Part shown: positions 45,447-59,361 of the stretch, one piece after another
Layout of the letters: each line of letters begins with the position of its first letter
How positions within the stretch are numbered: the first letter of the stretch is position 1
Source: Burkholderiales bacterium
GTDB taxonomy: Bacteria; Pseudomonadota; Gammaproteobacteria; Burkholderiales; JABEVD01
NCBI GenBank assembly: GCA_019753155.1
Contig: JAIELG010000016.1
Location: 113,280 to 177,279, forward strand
Direction of reading: 5' to 3'
Length of the DNA: 64,000 nt
Position numbers and translations under genes: made by a program
Notes under the pieces: model-generated
Told to the model about the DNA's origin: nothing
The model's input: the letters and a program-made list of their open reading frames with translations, nothing else
The model's database searches: none

Positions 45447-46760
45447 TCAGTTCCTGTTGAGTTCTTCGAGACGGATTCTTTTGACGCGCCCTGAAATCGC
45501 AGGGAGCGCCTCGATTTTCGAGATCGCGCTGTCGATATGCTTCTCCAGCGTCCTGTGGGTGAGCATGATGATGTCGACCTGCTCCTCCCCTTCGTGAGGC
45601 TCCTTCTGCACCATGGCGTCGATCGAGATGGCAAGATCGGCGAGGATGCGCGTCACATCCGCAAGCACCCCGGGCCTGTCGAATGCGCGCATCCTGAGGT
45701 AATAGGAAGTCTCGACTTCCGAGATTGGCAGGATTTCGACATCCGACATCGCATCGGGCTGGAATGCAAGATGGGGAACGCGATGCTCGGGGTCCGCCGT
45801 ATGCATCCGCGTCACGTCGACGAGATCGGCTACCACAGCGGAAGCTGTGGGTTCGGAACCTGCGCCCGCTCCGTAATACATGGTCGCGCCCACCGCGTCC
45901 CCTCGCACCAGGATCGCGTTCATCACCCCTTCCACATTTGCGATCAGGCGTTTTGCGGGAATCAGGGTGGGGTGGACGCGAAGCTCGATCCCTTTTTCGA
46001 CGCGCTTGGTGATGCCGAGGAGCTTGATCCTGTAGCCGAGTGCTTCCGCGTAGGCGATATCCTCGCGAGTCAGTTCCGATATGCCTTCCGTATAGGCTTT
46101 ATCGAACTGGGTGGGGATACCGAAGGCGATCGATGCCATCAGGGTGAGCTTGTGCGCGGCATCGATTCCTTCGATGTCGAAAGTGGGGTCCGCTTCGGCA
46201 TAGCCCAGCGCCTGTGCATCCTTCAGCGCATCCTCGAAGCTCGCGCCCTTCTCGCGCATTTCCGAGAGGATATAGTTGCTGGTGCCGTTGATGATGCCTG
46301 CGATCCATTCTATCCTGTTCGCGGTCAAGCCTTCGCGCAGCGCCTTGATGATGGGGATGCCCCCTGCGACCGCAGCTTCGAAGGCGACGATCACGCCGGC
46401 CTGTTGCGCGGCCTCGAAGATTTCGTTGCCGTACAGGGCGAGCAATGCCTTGTTCGCTGTAACTACATGCTTGCCGTTTTTTATCGCAGCAAGTACGAGC
46501 TCCTTCGCAATGGTCGTGCCGCCTATGAGCTCGACCACGATGTCGATGTCCGGGCTTGCGACCACCCGGAATGCGTCATTCGTGACTTCCACATCCCCTG
46601 CGAGTTGCTTCGCCTTTTCGATGTCGCGGTCGGCGATCATGCTTATCCTGATTTCGCGTCCCGCCCTGCGGGTGATTTCTTCCGCATTTCTCTCGAGCAC
46701 TCTGAAGGTTCCGGAACCCACGGTGCCGATTCCAAGAAGACCTACATTGATTGCTTTCAT
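45447..46760 (-). CDS. hom: Homoserine dehydrogenase
   Basis: [23 protein letters not shown]-terminal ACT domain. Confidence 0.96.
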   Translation of the reverse strand: MKAINVGLLGIGTVGSGTFRVLERNAEEITRRAGREIRISMIADRDIEKAKQLAGDVEVTNDAFRVVASPDIDIVVELIGGTTIAKELVLAAIKNGKHVVTANKALLALYGNEIFEAAQQAGVIVAFEAAVAGGIPIIKALREGLTANRIEWIAGIINGTSNYILSEMREKGASFEDALKDAQALGYAEADPTFDIEGIDAAHKLTLMASIAFGIPTQFDKAYTEGISELTREDIAYAEALGYRIKLLGITKRVEKGIELRVHPTLIPAKRLIANVEGVMNAILVRGDAVGATMYYGAGAGSEPTASAVVADLVDVTRMHTADPEHRVPHLAFQPDAMSDVEILPISEVETSYYLRMRAFDRPGVLADVTRILADLAISIDAMVQKEPHEGEEQVDIIMLTHRTLEKHIDSAISKIEALPAISGRVKRIRLEELNRN

Positions 46761-46790
46761 GTTTTATCCCGGCTTGTCTTTAGAATTGGA

Positions 46791-48017
46791 TCAGGCGAAA
46801 TGGCGCTTGCGGTAATGATCCAGGAAACGCGCGATGCGCCCGGTCGCCTCCGTCAGATCATCGACGTTCGGCAAGAACACCACCCTGAAATGATCGGGTT
46901 CGATCCAGTTGAATCCCGTTCCCTGGACCACCAGCACTTTTTCCTTCTGCAGCAATTCCAGCACGAACTGCTGGTCGTCCGCGATCGGGTACATTTTAGG
47001 GTCCAGCTTCGGGAAAAGATACATCGCAGCCTTGGGTTTGACGCAGCTCACCCCGGGAATGGAAGTCAGAAGCTCCCATGCCGCGTCCCTTTGCTTGCAG
47101 AGCCTGCCGCCAGGCGCCACCAGGTCGTTGATGCTCTGATATCCTCCAAGAGCGGTCTGTATGCCGTATTGCGCGGGGACATTGGCGCAAAGCCGCATGG
47201 AGGCGAGCATGGTGAGTCCCTCGATGTAATCGGCGGCGTGATGTTTTTCTCCGGAAATCACGAGCCATCCCGCCCGGTATCCGGCGGCGCGGTAATTCTT
47301 GGAAAGCCCGCAAAAAGTGATGCAAAGCACGCCTTCCGCCAGGGATGCGATCGAGGTGTGGGAATTTCCGTCGTAGAGCACCTTGTCGTAGATTTCGTCG
47401 GAGTAGACGATGAGCTGATGGGTTCTTGCGATGTCGACGATTTCGCGCAGCAGCTCCACGGGATAAAGCGCCCCGGTCGGATTGTTGGGATTGATGAGGA
47501 CGATGGCTCGCGTGTTGGGCGTGATTTTCCCCCGGATGTCGTCGCAGTCCGGAAGCCAGTCCGATTGCTCGTCGCAGACATAATGGACGGGAGTGCCGCC
47601 TGCGAGCGTCACGGCCGCAGTCCAGAGCGGATAGTCGGGGGACGGAATCAGCACTTCATCGCCGCTGTTCAAAAGGCCCTGCATCGCCATCACGATCAGT
47701 TCGGAAACCCCGTTCCCGATATAAATGTCCTCGATCCGCACGTTCTGGATTTTCTTTTCCTGCGTGTAATGCATGATTGCCTTGCGCGCCGAGAAAAGAC
47801 CGTTCGAGTCCGAATAGCCTGATGCGTTGGGAAGATTGTGGATCACATCCACGATGATTTCTTCGGGCGCATCGAAACCGAACGGGGCGGGATTGCCGAT
47901 ATTGAGCTTGATGATGCGGTGCCCTTCCTCCTCCATCTGCTTTGCATGAGCCATGACAGGCCCCCTGATGTCGTAGCAGACATTGGAAAGTTTGGCTGAT
48001 TTGAAAATCGGTTGCAT
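46791..48017 (-). CDS. alaA: Alanine transaminase AlaA-type PLP aminotransferase
   Basis: CYDIRGP, NPNNPTG, DEIY, SKNYRAAGYRAGW. Confidence 0.92.
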   Translation of the reverse strand: MQPIFKSAKLSNVCYDIRGPVMAHAKQMEEEGHRIIKLNIGNPAPFGFDAPEEIIVDVIHNLPNASGYSDSNGLFSARKAIMHYTQEKKIQNVRIEDIYIGNGVSELIVMAMQGLLNSGDEVLIPSPDYPLWTAAVTLAGGTPVHYVCDEQSDWLPDCDDIRGKITPNTRAIVLINPNNPTGALYPVELLREIVDIARTHQLIVYSDEIYDKVLYDGNSHTSIASLAEGVLCITFCGLSKNYRAAGYRAGWLVISGEKHHAADYIEGLTMLASMRLCANVPAQYGIQTALGGYQSINDLVAPGGRLCKQRDAAWELLTSIPGVSCVKPKAAMYLFPKLDPKMYPIADDQQFVLELLQKEKVLVVQGTGFNWIEPDHFRVVFLPNVDDLTEATGRIARFLDHYRKRHFA

Positions 48018-48116
48018 TTGTCCGTCCACTTTCCCGCTTGGGCAGGATGCCCGCAAAAAGCTATAATCTTACCTGACAACATCAAGTGCTGCAAAGGCTG
48101 GAATCGGAGGTTCCCC

Positions 48117-48485
48117 ATGAAACTGCACCAGGATAACCCTTCCACATTCAACCGCTTCACGGGCTATGGAGCGGGTTACGTGATGATCGACAGGACGCGC
48201 ATCGAACACAGCCTGATCGTGCTTCCCGGTGAACCGGCGGGCGCGTGGCGGGTATCCGGTTTCGAGGCGCTTTGCGAGAACGATTTCGAACCGTTGGTGA
48301 ATGCATCGCCCGAAATCGTGCTGCTCGGAACGGGGCAAACGCAGCGCTTTCCCCATCCGAAGTTGTTTCGCAATCTGTATGATGCGCGTATCGGTATCGA
48401 AGTCATGGATTGTGCCGCTGCCTGCCGCACCTACAATATCCTGATGGACGAAGGCAGGCGCGTGGCTGCTGCGCTCATACTGGGT

Positions 48486-48491
<6 letters not shown>
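48117..48491 (+). CDS. Mth938-like (DUF498) protein
   Basis: LLGTG, AACRTYNILMDEGRRV. Confidence 0.9.
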
Positions 48492-49418
<927 letters not shown>

Positions 49419-49460
49419 GATTCTATTTTAGCAGCCCGCTCGGCTATAATTCGAATCAAT

Positions 49461-50363
49461 ATGTCCATCCAACCCATCATCGAGCAGGTCGCCTCCGTCG
49501 TTCTCGGCAAGGAAAGGCAGATACGCCTCGCGCTTGCCGCCATGCTGGCTCGCGGGCACCTGCTTATCGAGGATCTGCCAGGGGTCGGGAAAACCACACT
49601 GGCCCATGCGATTTCGAGTTCCATGGGACTCGAATTCAGGCGGGTCCAGTTTACGAGCGACATGCTCCCGGCCGACATACTCGGGGTATCGATATTCGAT
49701 CGGGAAACCGGGGATTTCAAATTTCATCCTGGACCGATTTTCGCCAACCTGATTCTTGCCGATGAAATCAATCGCACCACGCCCAAAACGCAGAGTGCGC
49801 TTCTGGAGGCTATGGAAGAAGGGCAGGTGACTGTGGAAGGCGAAACGAGGCCGTTGCCCGAGCCGTTTTTTGTCATTGCCACGCAAAATCCGGTCGATCA
49901 GGTCGGCACCTTTCCGCTTCCGGAATCGCAACTCGATCGCTTCATGATGCGCATCCAGCTCGGTTATCCCGACCCTGAAGCGGAAAGATTGCTGCTTCAG
50001 GGCAGTTCGCGCAAGGAAATCATCTCGCGCCTCTCGCCCCGCATGGAGCGGGCGGAATTGCATCTGTTGCAGGAGAAGGTGAGGCAAATTCGCGCTTCCA
50101 GCGCCTTGATCGATTACCTGCAGGCCATACTGAAGTACAGCCGCACGAATCCTGAATTCATGAACGGATTGAGTCCGCGAGCGGGACTCGCCCTGCTTGC
50201 CGCTTCCCGCGCCTGGGCTTATCTGGCGGGGCGAGATATGGTTCTGCCCGAGGATGTCCAGGCCGTACTGGCGAGCGTCGTGGATCACCGCCTGGTCCCG
50301 GCGCAGGATTATGCCCGCATTTGCCCATCCGATATGCTGTTAAGCGAAGTGGCCGTTCCATGA
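49461..50363 (+). CDS. MoxR family AAA+ ATPase
   Basis: DLPGVGKT, DEINR, ATQNP, LPESQLDRF. Confidence 0.93.
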   Translation: MSIQPIIEQVASVVLGKERQIRLALAAMLARGHLLIEDLPGVGKTTLAHAISSSMGLEFRRVQFTSDMLPADILGVSIFDRETGDFKFHPGPIFANLILADEINRTTPKTQSALLEAMEEGQVTVEGETRPLPEPFFVIATQNPVDQVGTFPLPESQLDRFMMRIQLGYPDPEAERLLLQGSSRKEIISRLSPRMERAELHLLQEKVRQIRASSALIDYLQAILKYSRTNPEFMNGLSPRAGLALLAASRAWAYLAGRDMVLPEDVQAVLASVVDHRLVPAQDYARICPSDMLLSEVAVP

Positions 50364-50367
50364 AGAA

Positions 50368-51288
50368 ATGAAGCTGCCCTTCAAATGGATGGTTCGCCGC
50401 GCGCCTCCTGAAAAAAGCGTCGTGCTGGATCAAAGGCGGATCTATATCCTGCCCACCAGACAGGGCATGCTGTTTGCGCTGATTCTATTCCTGATGCTGA
50501 CAGGCTCCATCAATTACGGCTTGAGCCTGGGTTTCGCGCTCACTTTCCTGTTGGCGAGCATGTCCCTGGTTTCGATTTTTCATGCCTTTGCGAACCTGGC
50601 GCAGCTCAAGCTCGATGCGGGGAAGGCGGCTCCGGTTTTCGCGGGGGAGGATGCCCATTTCAGAGTGCATATCGAAAGCGGGGAGAAGGGAAGATACAGC
50701 ATCGGTCTTCTCGCCGGGGGACGCAAGACTTTCATCGATGTGGAGAAGGGGAGGACCGGCGTTGCGGAATTCTCCCTTCCGGCAAAAAAGCGTGGGTTGC
50801 TCAATCCAGGGCGTTTCACCCTGTTCACGCTTTATCCGCTCGGCCTGTTCCGCGCATGGTCCTACGTCGAATTGACCATGAACTGCCTCGTTTATCCATC
50901 TCCTTCGGCGCATTTTCCTCATCCGTCCGGAAGCGATTCGAACATCGGCGGTACGCCTTTTTCGGGGCACGATGATTTTTCAGGATTGAGGGCATATCGT
51001 CCAGGCGACTCGCCCAGTCGCATCGCCTGGAAAAGCCTTGCCAGGGAAAGGGGGGTGCAGGTCAAGGAATTCGACGAATTGAAGGGAGCGGGAGGTCTCT
51101 GGCTCGAATGGAGCAGTCTTGAAGGCGATGTGGAGGCCCGCCTGTCCAAACTTGCCGGAATGGCCTTGGATGCCCATTCAGAAGGCAGGTGTTTCGGGTT
51201 GCGCCTGCCCGGAAAGACGGTTCCTGTCGGGAGCGGGGAAGCGCAAAAGCTGCGCGTACTGGAAGCGCTCGCGCTTTTCGAGCCGTGA
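50368..51288 (+). CDS. DUF58 domain protein
   Basis: RAYRPGDSPSRIAWK; between MoxR and a transglutaminase gene. Confidence 0.88.
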   Translation: MKLPFKWMVRRAPPEKSVVLDQRRIYILPTRQGMLFALILFLMLTGSINYGLSLGFALTFLLASMSLVSIFHAFANLAQLKLDAGKAAPVFAGEDAHFRVHIESGEKGRYSIGLLAGGRKTFIDVEKGRTGVAEFSLPAKKRGLLNPGRFTLFTLYPLGLFRAWSYVELTMNCLVYPSPSAHFPHPSGSDSNIGGTPFSGHDDFSGLRAYRPGDSPSRIAWKSLARERGVQVKEFDELKGAGGLWLEWSSLEGDVEARLSKLAGMALDAHSEGRCFGLRLPGKTVPVGSGEAQKLRVLEALALFEP

Positions 51289-51290
51289 CC

Positions 51291-53173
<1,883 letters not shown>

Positions 53174-53177
<4 letters not shown>

Positions 53178-55465
53178 TGCAGTCGTTTCATCCATCCCGG
53201 ATTCTGCGGCCAGCTTTCCATCCATTCCGGAATGTTCTCGCTTGGCATCGGTTTGGCAATGGCATAGCCCTGCGCGAGTTTGCAGCCCATTCGAATCAGC
53301 ATCTTGCCTTGATTGGCCGACTCCATGCCTTCCGCGATCACTCCACGGTTGAAAATTCTGGACATGCTGAGAATGCTCCGGATCAGTGCAAGATTGTCCT
53401 TGTTTTCGAGCATGTCGCTCACGAAGCTCTGGTCTATCTTGAGCATGTCGACAGGCAGTTTCTTGATGTAGGAAAGCGAGGAATAACCCGTTCCGAAATC
53501 GTCGAGTGAAAGCTTGACCCCGATTTCCCGGCAGGAAACCAGGATTTGTTGCAGGAGATGGAAATCCGGCATCGCCGTAGTCTCGAGAATTTCGAGTTCT
53601 ATCCGGTCAGGCGACACTTCGATGTATTTGTCGAACAAGCGCCTGAGCATCCCGGTAAAATCCGGATCCTGGATCTGGCGTCCGGAAACGTTGATGCTGA
53701 CATTGATTTCGAGTCCGTGATTTTGCCAGGACTGCATCTGTCCCAGGACGGTTTCGATCACCCAGGTGCCGATTTCGACAATCAGTTTCGTGTCCTGGAC
53801 GGCGGGCAGGAAGTCGCGGGGAAGGATCAGCATGCCAAGGTCGGGATCCTGCCAGCGAATCAATGCTTCGAGTCCCGCCACCTTTCCTGTTCTCAAATTG
53901 ATTCTCGGCTGGTAGAACAGGCATAATTCTCCATTTTTCAGTGCGGATGAAATTCTCTTCTGGCGCTCGTGATTGCTGTTTTGCGCGATGGACATGCTTT
54001 GGTCGAAGAAATGGTAGCGGTTCCGCCCGGACTGCTTGGCATGATACATCGCCATATCGGCCTGTCTCAGGAGCATTTCGGGTTCGCTGTCGATTTCCGG
54101 GTAGAGCACGACGCCTATGCTCGACGAAATGGAAACCTGCATGCCATCCATGAAGAAGGGCGTATTGATCGTACCCATGATGCGGTCCAGGCAGCTTTTT
54201 ACTTCGCTCCTGTCGGAAGCGCTCTGCAATACCACGAATTCGTCCCCTCCGATACGGGCGGTAGTGTCTTCGGCCCTGACCACCGCTTTCAGCCTGAAGG
54301 CGACTTCCTTCAACAGCATGTCGCCCACTGGATGCCCCAGGTTGTCGTTTACCGACTTGAATCCATCCAGGTCGAGGAACAGCACTGCAAGAATTTTCCC
54401 CTGCCTTTTTACGCTAGCCATCGAATGCACCAGGCGGTCATGCAGCAAAACCCGATTGAGCAATCCGGTCAATGCATCGTGGCTTGCCTGCCACAACAGC
54501 GTATTATTGCCGGTGATGTCGTGAAATGCGACCACGGCGCCGACGACCTCTCCGGTCTTGTCCGATATCGGCGCTGCTGATTCGTCTATGCTGAATTCCG
54601 AACCATCCTTGCGGATCATGAGCAGATTGTTCCCTGACCTGACGATGCCGCTTTTGCGCAGTGCGAGCAGAGCCGGGTTTTCCGCAGTTTCCCGACTGTC
54701 TTCATGGAGGATTCTGAATATGGAGGAAAGCGGGGCTCCTTCCGCTTTCTGGCGCTGCCATCCGGTAAGCTTTTCGGCTTCCGGGTTGAGATAATTGACA
54801 AAGCCGTACAAGTCGGTTGTGATCACGCCATTGCTCAATGATTGCAACGTGGACAACCAGAGCTCTCTTTCCTGGTTATTCGTGATTTCCGCCGTTTTCG
54901 GCTGGGTGATGTCGCGGCAAACGCATAACACCTGCCGTCTCGGATTGCCGGCGAGCGCGGTGCTGCCTTCGTACCACTGCCGTTCCCCGGAAAACTGCAG
55001 GGCATACTCGAAGCGTTCAGGGGTTCCGGTGTCGAATGTTTTTCGGACCGCTTCCAGAATCCTTTTGGCGCTATCCGGCGGCAAAGCTTCATGAAGATAA
55101 TGCCCTTTCCATATGTTGCCATGCATGTCCTGCCCGGTGGAGAGGATTTCGGTGCAGCGTCCGTTCCTGTCGAACAATGCCGCGGCAAATGGCAGCGACT
55201 CCATGACCGACTGCCACTGCGTGATTTTCCCCAGGTTGTCGTCCCCTTTGCGCTTCAACCTCAGGGTCAGCAGGAACGCGAAGATCGCGGCGCCGATCCA
55301 GAGGTTTTGCGCTTCGTAGGGTGAAGGGGAATCGAATGAATTGAAGGAAGTATTATAGAGCGTGGATGCGTAGAGCGGAATGGCGGACGAAAGCAGCGTG
55401 AGTCCGATTGCAATACCCGGCAGCAGAAACCTGATCATATCCGGCGCCCATCTCGAATGAAACAT
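53174..55465 (-). CDS. PAS-PAS-GGDEF-EAL c-di-GMP signalling protein
   Basis: RAED I-site, GGDEF, EAL, DDFGTGYSS. Confidence 0.92.
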
Positions 55466-55532
55466 GATTCAAGATAGCTCATCCGGGGCAATATGCAACA
55501 TCGCTGTCCGGGAACGGCGATGCTGGAGCGAC

Positions 55533-57791
55533 TTATTCCACTTTTTCCGCTTCCATCGAGAAATGGAGCAGGATCCTGTCGTTTTCGTCCACATCCACTT
55601 CGACTTCTCCGCCGCCCGCCAACCGGCCGAAAAGCAGTTCGTCGGCAAGCGCGCGCCGTATCGTATCCTGGATCAGTCTCGCCATGGGCCTTGCTCCCAT
55701 CAGGGGATCGAACCCGTTTCTGGCGAGATAAGCCTTGAGCGCGGGGGTGAAAGCGATTTCCACCTTCTTGTCGTGCAATTGCTCTTCGAGCTGTATCAGG
55801 AGCTTGTCGACGACGCGCAGTATGATCGCCTCGTCAAGCGCGGAGAATGAAACAATCGCATCCAGGCGGTTTCTGAATTCCGGGGTAAAGAGACGCTTGA
55901 TTTCCGTCATTTCGTCCCCGGCCTCCTTTTTCTGCGAAAATCCGATCGGGGTTTTCGACAGGGCTTCGGCGCCTGCATTGGTCGTCATGATGATGATGAC
56001 ATTCCTGAAATCGGCCCTCCTGCCGTTGTTGTCGGTCAGAGTGCCATGGTCCATCACCTGCAGCAGAATGTTGAATATATCGGGGTGCGCTTTTTCGATT
56101 TCGTCGAGAAGCAGCACCGAGTAGGGATGTTTGGTAACCGCCTCGGTGAGGAGCCCGCCCTGTTCGAAACCGACATATCCGGGGGGGGCGCCGATGAGGC
56201 GTGAAACCGCATGGCGTTCCATGTATTCGGACATGTCGAAGCGGATGAGCTCGATGCCGAGCGCGTAGGCGAGCTGCCGCGCAACTTCTGTTTTGCCGAC
56301 GCCGGTGGGGCCCGAGAACAGGAAAGCGCCTATGGGTTTTTGCGGATTGCCAAGGCCGCTGCGCGCCATTTTGATCGCGGCTGAAAGCGTGTCTATCGCT
56401 TTTTCCTGTCCGAACACGACCGCCTTCAAATCCCGGTCGAGCATCTTGAGTGCGCTCCTGTCGTCGACGGAAATCTGGCGCGAAGGGATGCGCGCGATTT
56501 TCGCGATGATCTCCTCGATATCCTGCTTGCCGATCACTTTTTTCTGTTTCGATTTGGGCAGAATGCGCTGAGCCGCTCCCGCTTCGTCCATCACGTCTAT
56601 CGCCTTGTCCGGAAGATGGCGGTCGTTGATGTAGCGCGCGGACAATTCCACTGCGGTGGATAGGGCGGCAGAGCTGTACTTGACCTGATGATGGGCCTCG
56701 AAGCGTGATTTCAGGCCGCGCAGGATGGCGATCGTGTCGGCTATGCTGGGTTCTTCCACGTCGATTTTCTGGAACCTGCGCGACAGCGCGTGATCCTTCT
56801 CGAAGATGCCTCGGTATTCGAGATAGGTCGTGGCGCCGATACATTTGATCTGTCCGGAACTCAGCGCGGGCTTGAGAAGGTTCGATGCGTCGAGCGAGCC
56901 GCCGGAAGCCGCTCCAGCCCCGATCAGAGTGTGAATTTCATCGATGAACAGGATGCTGCTGGGGTGATCCGTAAGCTGCTTCAGGACCGCTTTGAGCCGC
57001 TGCTCGAAATCTCCCCGGTATTTCGTTCCTGCAAGCAGCGCGCCCATGTCGAGCGAATAGACGCGGCTGTGTTTCAACAGATCGGGTACCTCGCCTTCGA
57101 TGATCCTGCGCGCAAGCCCTTCTGCGATCGCGGTTTTCCCCACTCCGGCTTCCCCTACGAGCAGGGGGTTGTTCTTGCGTCTGCGGCAGAGCGTTTGTAT
57201 CACCCTGTCGAGTTCCTGCGATCTTCCGATGAGCGGGTCGATCTTTCCGGCAAGGGCCATGGCGTTCAGGTTTACCGTGAAATTCTCGAGGGCGCCTGTC
57301 GCCGACTGCTCATGCTCGCCTTCTGTTTCGGTTTCCCCCTTGGCCAACTGGGGCTGTCCGACCTTGCTGATGCCGTGCGAAATGTAATTCACGACATCCA
57401 GTCGGTTGATGCCTCGCTGGTGCAGGAAATGAACCGCATGGGAATCCTTTTCGCCGAAGATCGCGACCAGCACGTTCGCCCCAGTCACTTCCTTCTTTCC
57501 CGAAGACTGGACATGCAATATGGCACGCTGGATGACGCGCTGGAATCCCAGCGTGGGCTGCGTGTCTATTTCCTCGGTACCGGACATGATGGGCGTATGG
57601 TCATGCAGGAATTCGTTCAGCGCATGGCGCAAATCCTCCATGTCGGCCCCACATGCGCGCAACACCTCGGCCGCAGCCGGATTATCCAGCATCGCGAGCA
57701 GGAGATGTTCCACCGTGATCAATTCGTGGCGCTTTTGCCTTGCGTCGACAAAAGCCATGTGCAAGCTGACTTCAAGTTCCTGGGCAATCAT
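55533..57791 (-). CDS. clpA: ATP-dependent Clp protease ATPase ClpA
   Basis: Two AAA+ modules, IGF loop; follows clpS. Confidence 0.97.
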   Translation of the reverse strand: MIAQELEVSLHMAFVDARQKRHELITVEHLLLAMLDNPAAAEVLRACGADMEDLRHALNEFLHDHTPIMSGTEEIDTQPTLGFQRVIQRAILHVQSSGKKEVTGANVLVAIFGEKDSHAVHFLHQRGINRLDVVNYISHGISKVGQPQLAKGETETEGEHEQSATGALENFTVNLNAMALAGKIDPLIGRSQELDRVIQTLCRRRKNNPLLVGEAGVGKTAIAEGLARRIIEGEVPDLLKHSRVYSLDMGALLAGTKYRGDFEQRLKAVLKQLTDHPSSILFIDEIHTLIGAGAASGGSLDASNLLKPALSSGQIKCIGATTYLEYRGIFEKDHALSRRFQKIDVEEPSIADTIAILRGLKSRFEAHHQVKYSSAALSTAVELSARYINDRHLPDKAIDVMDEAGAAQRILPKSKQKKVIGKQDIEEIIAKIARIPSRQISVDDRSALKMLDRDLKAVVFGQEKAIDTLSAAIKMARSGLGNPQKPIGAFLFSGPTGVGKTEVARQLAYALGIELIRFDMSEYMERHAVSRLIGAPPGYVGFEQGGLLTEAVTKHPYSVLLLDEIEKAHPDIFNILLQVMDHGTLTDNNGRRADFRNVIIIMTTNAGAEALSKTPIGFSQKKEAGDEMTEIKRLFTPEFRNRLDAIVSFSALDEAIILRVVDKLLIQLEEQLHDKKVEIAFTPALKAYLARNGFDPLMGARPMARLIQDTIRRALADELLFGRLAGGGEVEVDVDENDRILLHFSMEAEKVE

Positions 57792-58094
57792 TTACATTTC
57801 CTCCATCACACACCGCAACGGATGTTCGTTTTGCCTTGCGAAGGCCACGACCTGCTCCACCTTGGTTTCGGCGATATCCTTGGGATAAACGCCACATACC
57901 GCTTTACCTTCTCTATGCACTTTGAGCATGATTTGTGTCGCTTGTTCTCTGCTTTTCGAAAAAAATCGCTCCAGCACCACGACCACGAATTCCATTGGCG
58001 TGAAATCATCGTTCAGAAGCAACACTTTAAACATGCCAGGCGGCTTCACGCCGAGTTTTTTCGGTTCGGCGACCGTTGTCTGATCAGCAGCCAT
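57792..58094 (-). CDS. clpS: Clp adaptor ClpS
   Basis: [23 protein letters not shown]. Confidence 0.96.
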   Translation of the reverse strand: MAADQTTVAEPKKLGVKPPGMFKVLLLNDDFTPMEFVVVVLERFFSKSREQATQIMLKVHREGKAVCGVYPKDIAETKVEQVVAFARQNEHPLRCVMEEM

Positions 58095-58167
58095 GATTCA
58101 ATTCTAAACATTTCCTGCAAAACATCAACCTTCCGGCAGACGGCATGAAAACATCGCCGCCCTCAGG

Positions 58168-58196
58168 TTGACCCTTGCCCCGAAATTTGCTATAGT
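58168..58196 (+). promoter_or_regulatory. Sigma70 promoter of tRNA-fMet
   Basis: TTGACC-N17-TATAGT. Confidence 0.75.
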
Positions 58197-58208
58197 TTCA
58201 TTCTCTGG

Positions 58209-58285
58209 CGCGGGGTGGAGCAGTCTGGCAGCTCGTCGGGCTCATAACCCGAAGGTCACAGGTTCAAATCCTGTCCCCGCAACCA
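58209..58285 (+). tRNA. tRNA-fMet (CAT)
   Basis: 77-nt cloverleaf, CAT anticodon, GGG/CCC anticodon stem, C1:A72 mismatch, encoded CCA. Confidence 0.97.
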
Positions 58286-58293
58286 ATAAAATC

Positions 58294-58337
58294 AACGGCT
58301 TGCATGATAAAACATGCGGGCCGTTTTGGTTTCTTGG
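58294..58337 (+). terminator. Intrinsic terminator-like hairpin after the tRNA
   Basis: AACGGCTTGCATG/CATGCGGGCCGTT followed by a T-rich tail. Confidence 0.55.
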
Positions 58338-58342
58338 GCTTC

Positions 58343-58362
58343 GTGTAACCCCGGTGTAACCC
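58343..58362 (+). repeat. Tandem GTGTAACCC repeats (candidate integrase arm-type sites)
   Basis: GTGTAACCC at 58343 and 58354 (11-bp period), about 60 bp from the tRNA 3' end. Confidence 0.6.
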
Positions 58363-58409
58363 GGTTTGGGGAATGAAGGCGGGTTTCGACCAGCGTTATG
58401 CCGTAACGG

Positions 58410-58703
58410 TCAAGACAGCGCGTAGACGATTATCGCGGTGAACAGAATAATCCAGAAAAAAGGATGGGCAATCTGACCTGAAGGCTCGGGCTGCTTCCCG
58501 TCCTCAGGTTTGTGGGAATCGGTCAAGGTCTCGCTGTAGCTCATCCCGGTTCCAGGCAAGCCGATTGTGGTCTTGGTTTTGCCGTCCTTGAGGTTGACAG
58601 TCAATCCCTTGCCGCCTATGGACGTTGAAACCCCGCTCTTGCTTAGATTGAGCCAGAGGCCGGGAATTATCTTGATGCGTCTTCGAAATCTGAATGAGCC
58701 CAT
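58410..58703 (-). CDS. DUF4236 domain protein
   Basis: FRFRRRIKIIPGLWLNLSKSGVSTSIG..GLPGTGMSY plus a C-terminal TM. Confidence 0.85.
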   Translation of the reverse strand: MGSFRFRRRIKIIPGLWLNLSKSGVSTSIGGKGLTVNLKDGKTKTTIGLPGTGMSYSETLTDSHKPEDGKQPEPSGQIAHPFFWIILFTAIIVYALS

Positions 58704-58940
58704 GCGCCGATGATGCTCTTCGCATGAGGCACGGTCAAGAGTGAAGGTCATTTGTGATGGGTTCAGAAAGGGGTAATCTCCCGTTGCGCCATAACCTGAA
58801 TTTTGTGGAAATAAAAATCTGTGTCGGCCCACGGTCTTGCCGGGATGCAGCCCCAAGGATTTTCATCATCCGGAATAGGCGCTTGAGCGGCAATTGCCGT
58901 TACGCGGTAACGAATTGTCAGCATAGGATCGTGCGGGCTT

Positions 58941-59168
58941 TCAAATATTATCCATCAGCCAGCGTGCCCGCCAAGCTCCCGGTGGGGTCGGTTCGCCTCG
59001 GGCCTGAGCATCAAACATCCAACGAACTTTTTCTTCCGTGGTGTCGCCGGGTACTTCGGAAATATCGTAACCCGGTACACCATGAGGCCATTTCTCGCAC
59101 GGATCAACTGGTGCCTTGCGCTTTGCAGCCGCTTCCAAGGCGGCAATGCGCTGCTCAAAATTTGCCAT
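58941..59168 (-). CDS. Small hypothetical protein
   Basis: MANFEQRIAALEAAAK...; GGGGGA RBS; overlaps the upstream ORF. Confidence 0.7.
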   Translation of the reverse strand: MANFEQRIAALEAAAKRKAPVDPCEKWPHGVPGYDISEVPGDTTEEKVRWMFDAQARGEPTPPGAWRARWLMDNI

Positions 59169-59361
59169 GTTTCCCCCACGGTGATTCGGCTCGAATCGCT
59201 GCCAGTTCCGCTTCATCGACAGGAATGTGCTCGCCATCAGGCCCATGGCGAAGTGCGCCGATGATGGAGCGGTCAACGTCAATAATCACATGAATAATGT
59301 CCGGCGGCTCGTGCATCGAGGTTCGAGATTCAAGGCGAGCAATTCTATCGGCAAGTTTCAC
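59155..59361 (-). CDS. Small hypothetical protein
   Basis: MKLADRIARLESR...; GGAGG RBS; GTGA coupling. Confidence 0.75.
   Translation of the reverse strand: MKLADRIARLESRTSMHEPPDIIHVIIDVDRSIIGALRHGPDGEHIPVDEAELAAIRAESPWGKHGKF

Noticed and set aside
45537-47822. 761-aa plus-strand ORF
   Set aside because: Shadow spanning hom and alaA; expected from GC-rich codon bias.
58168-58359. 63-aa ORF
   Set aside because: Overlaps tRNA-fMet and its promoter.
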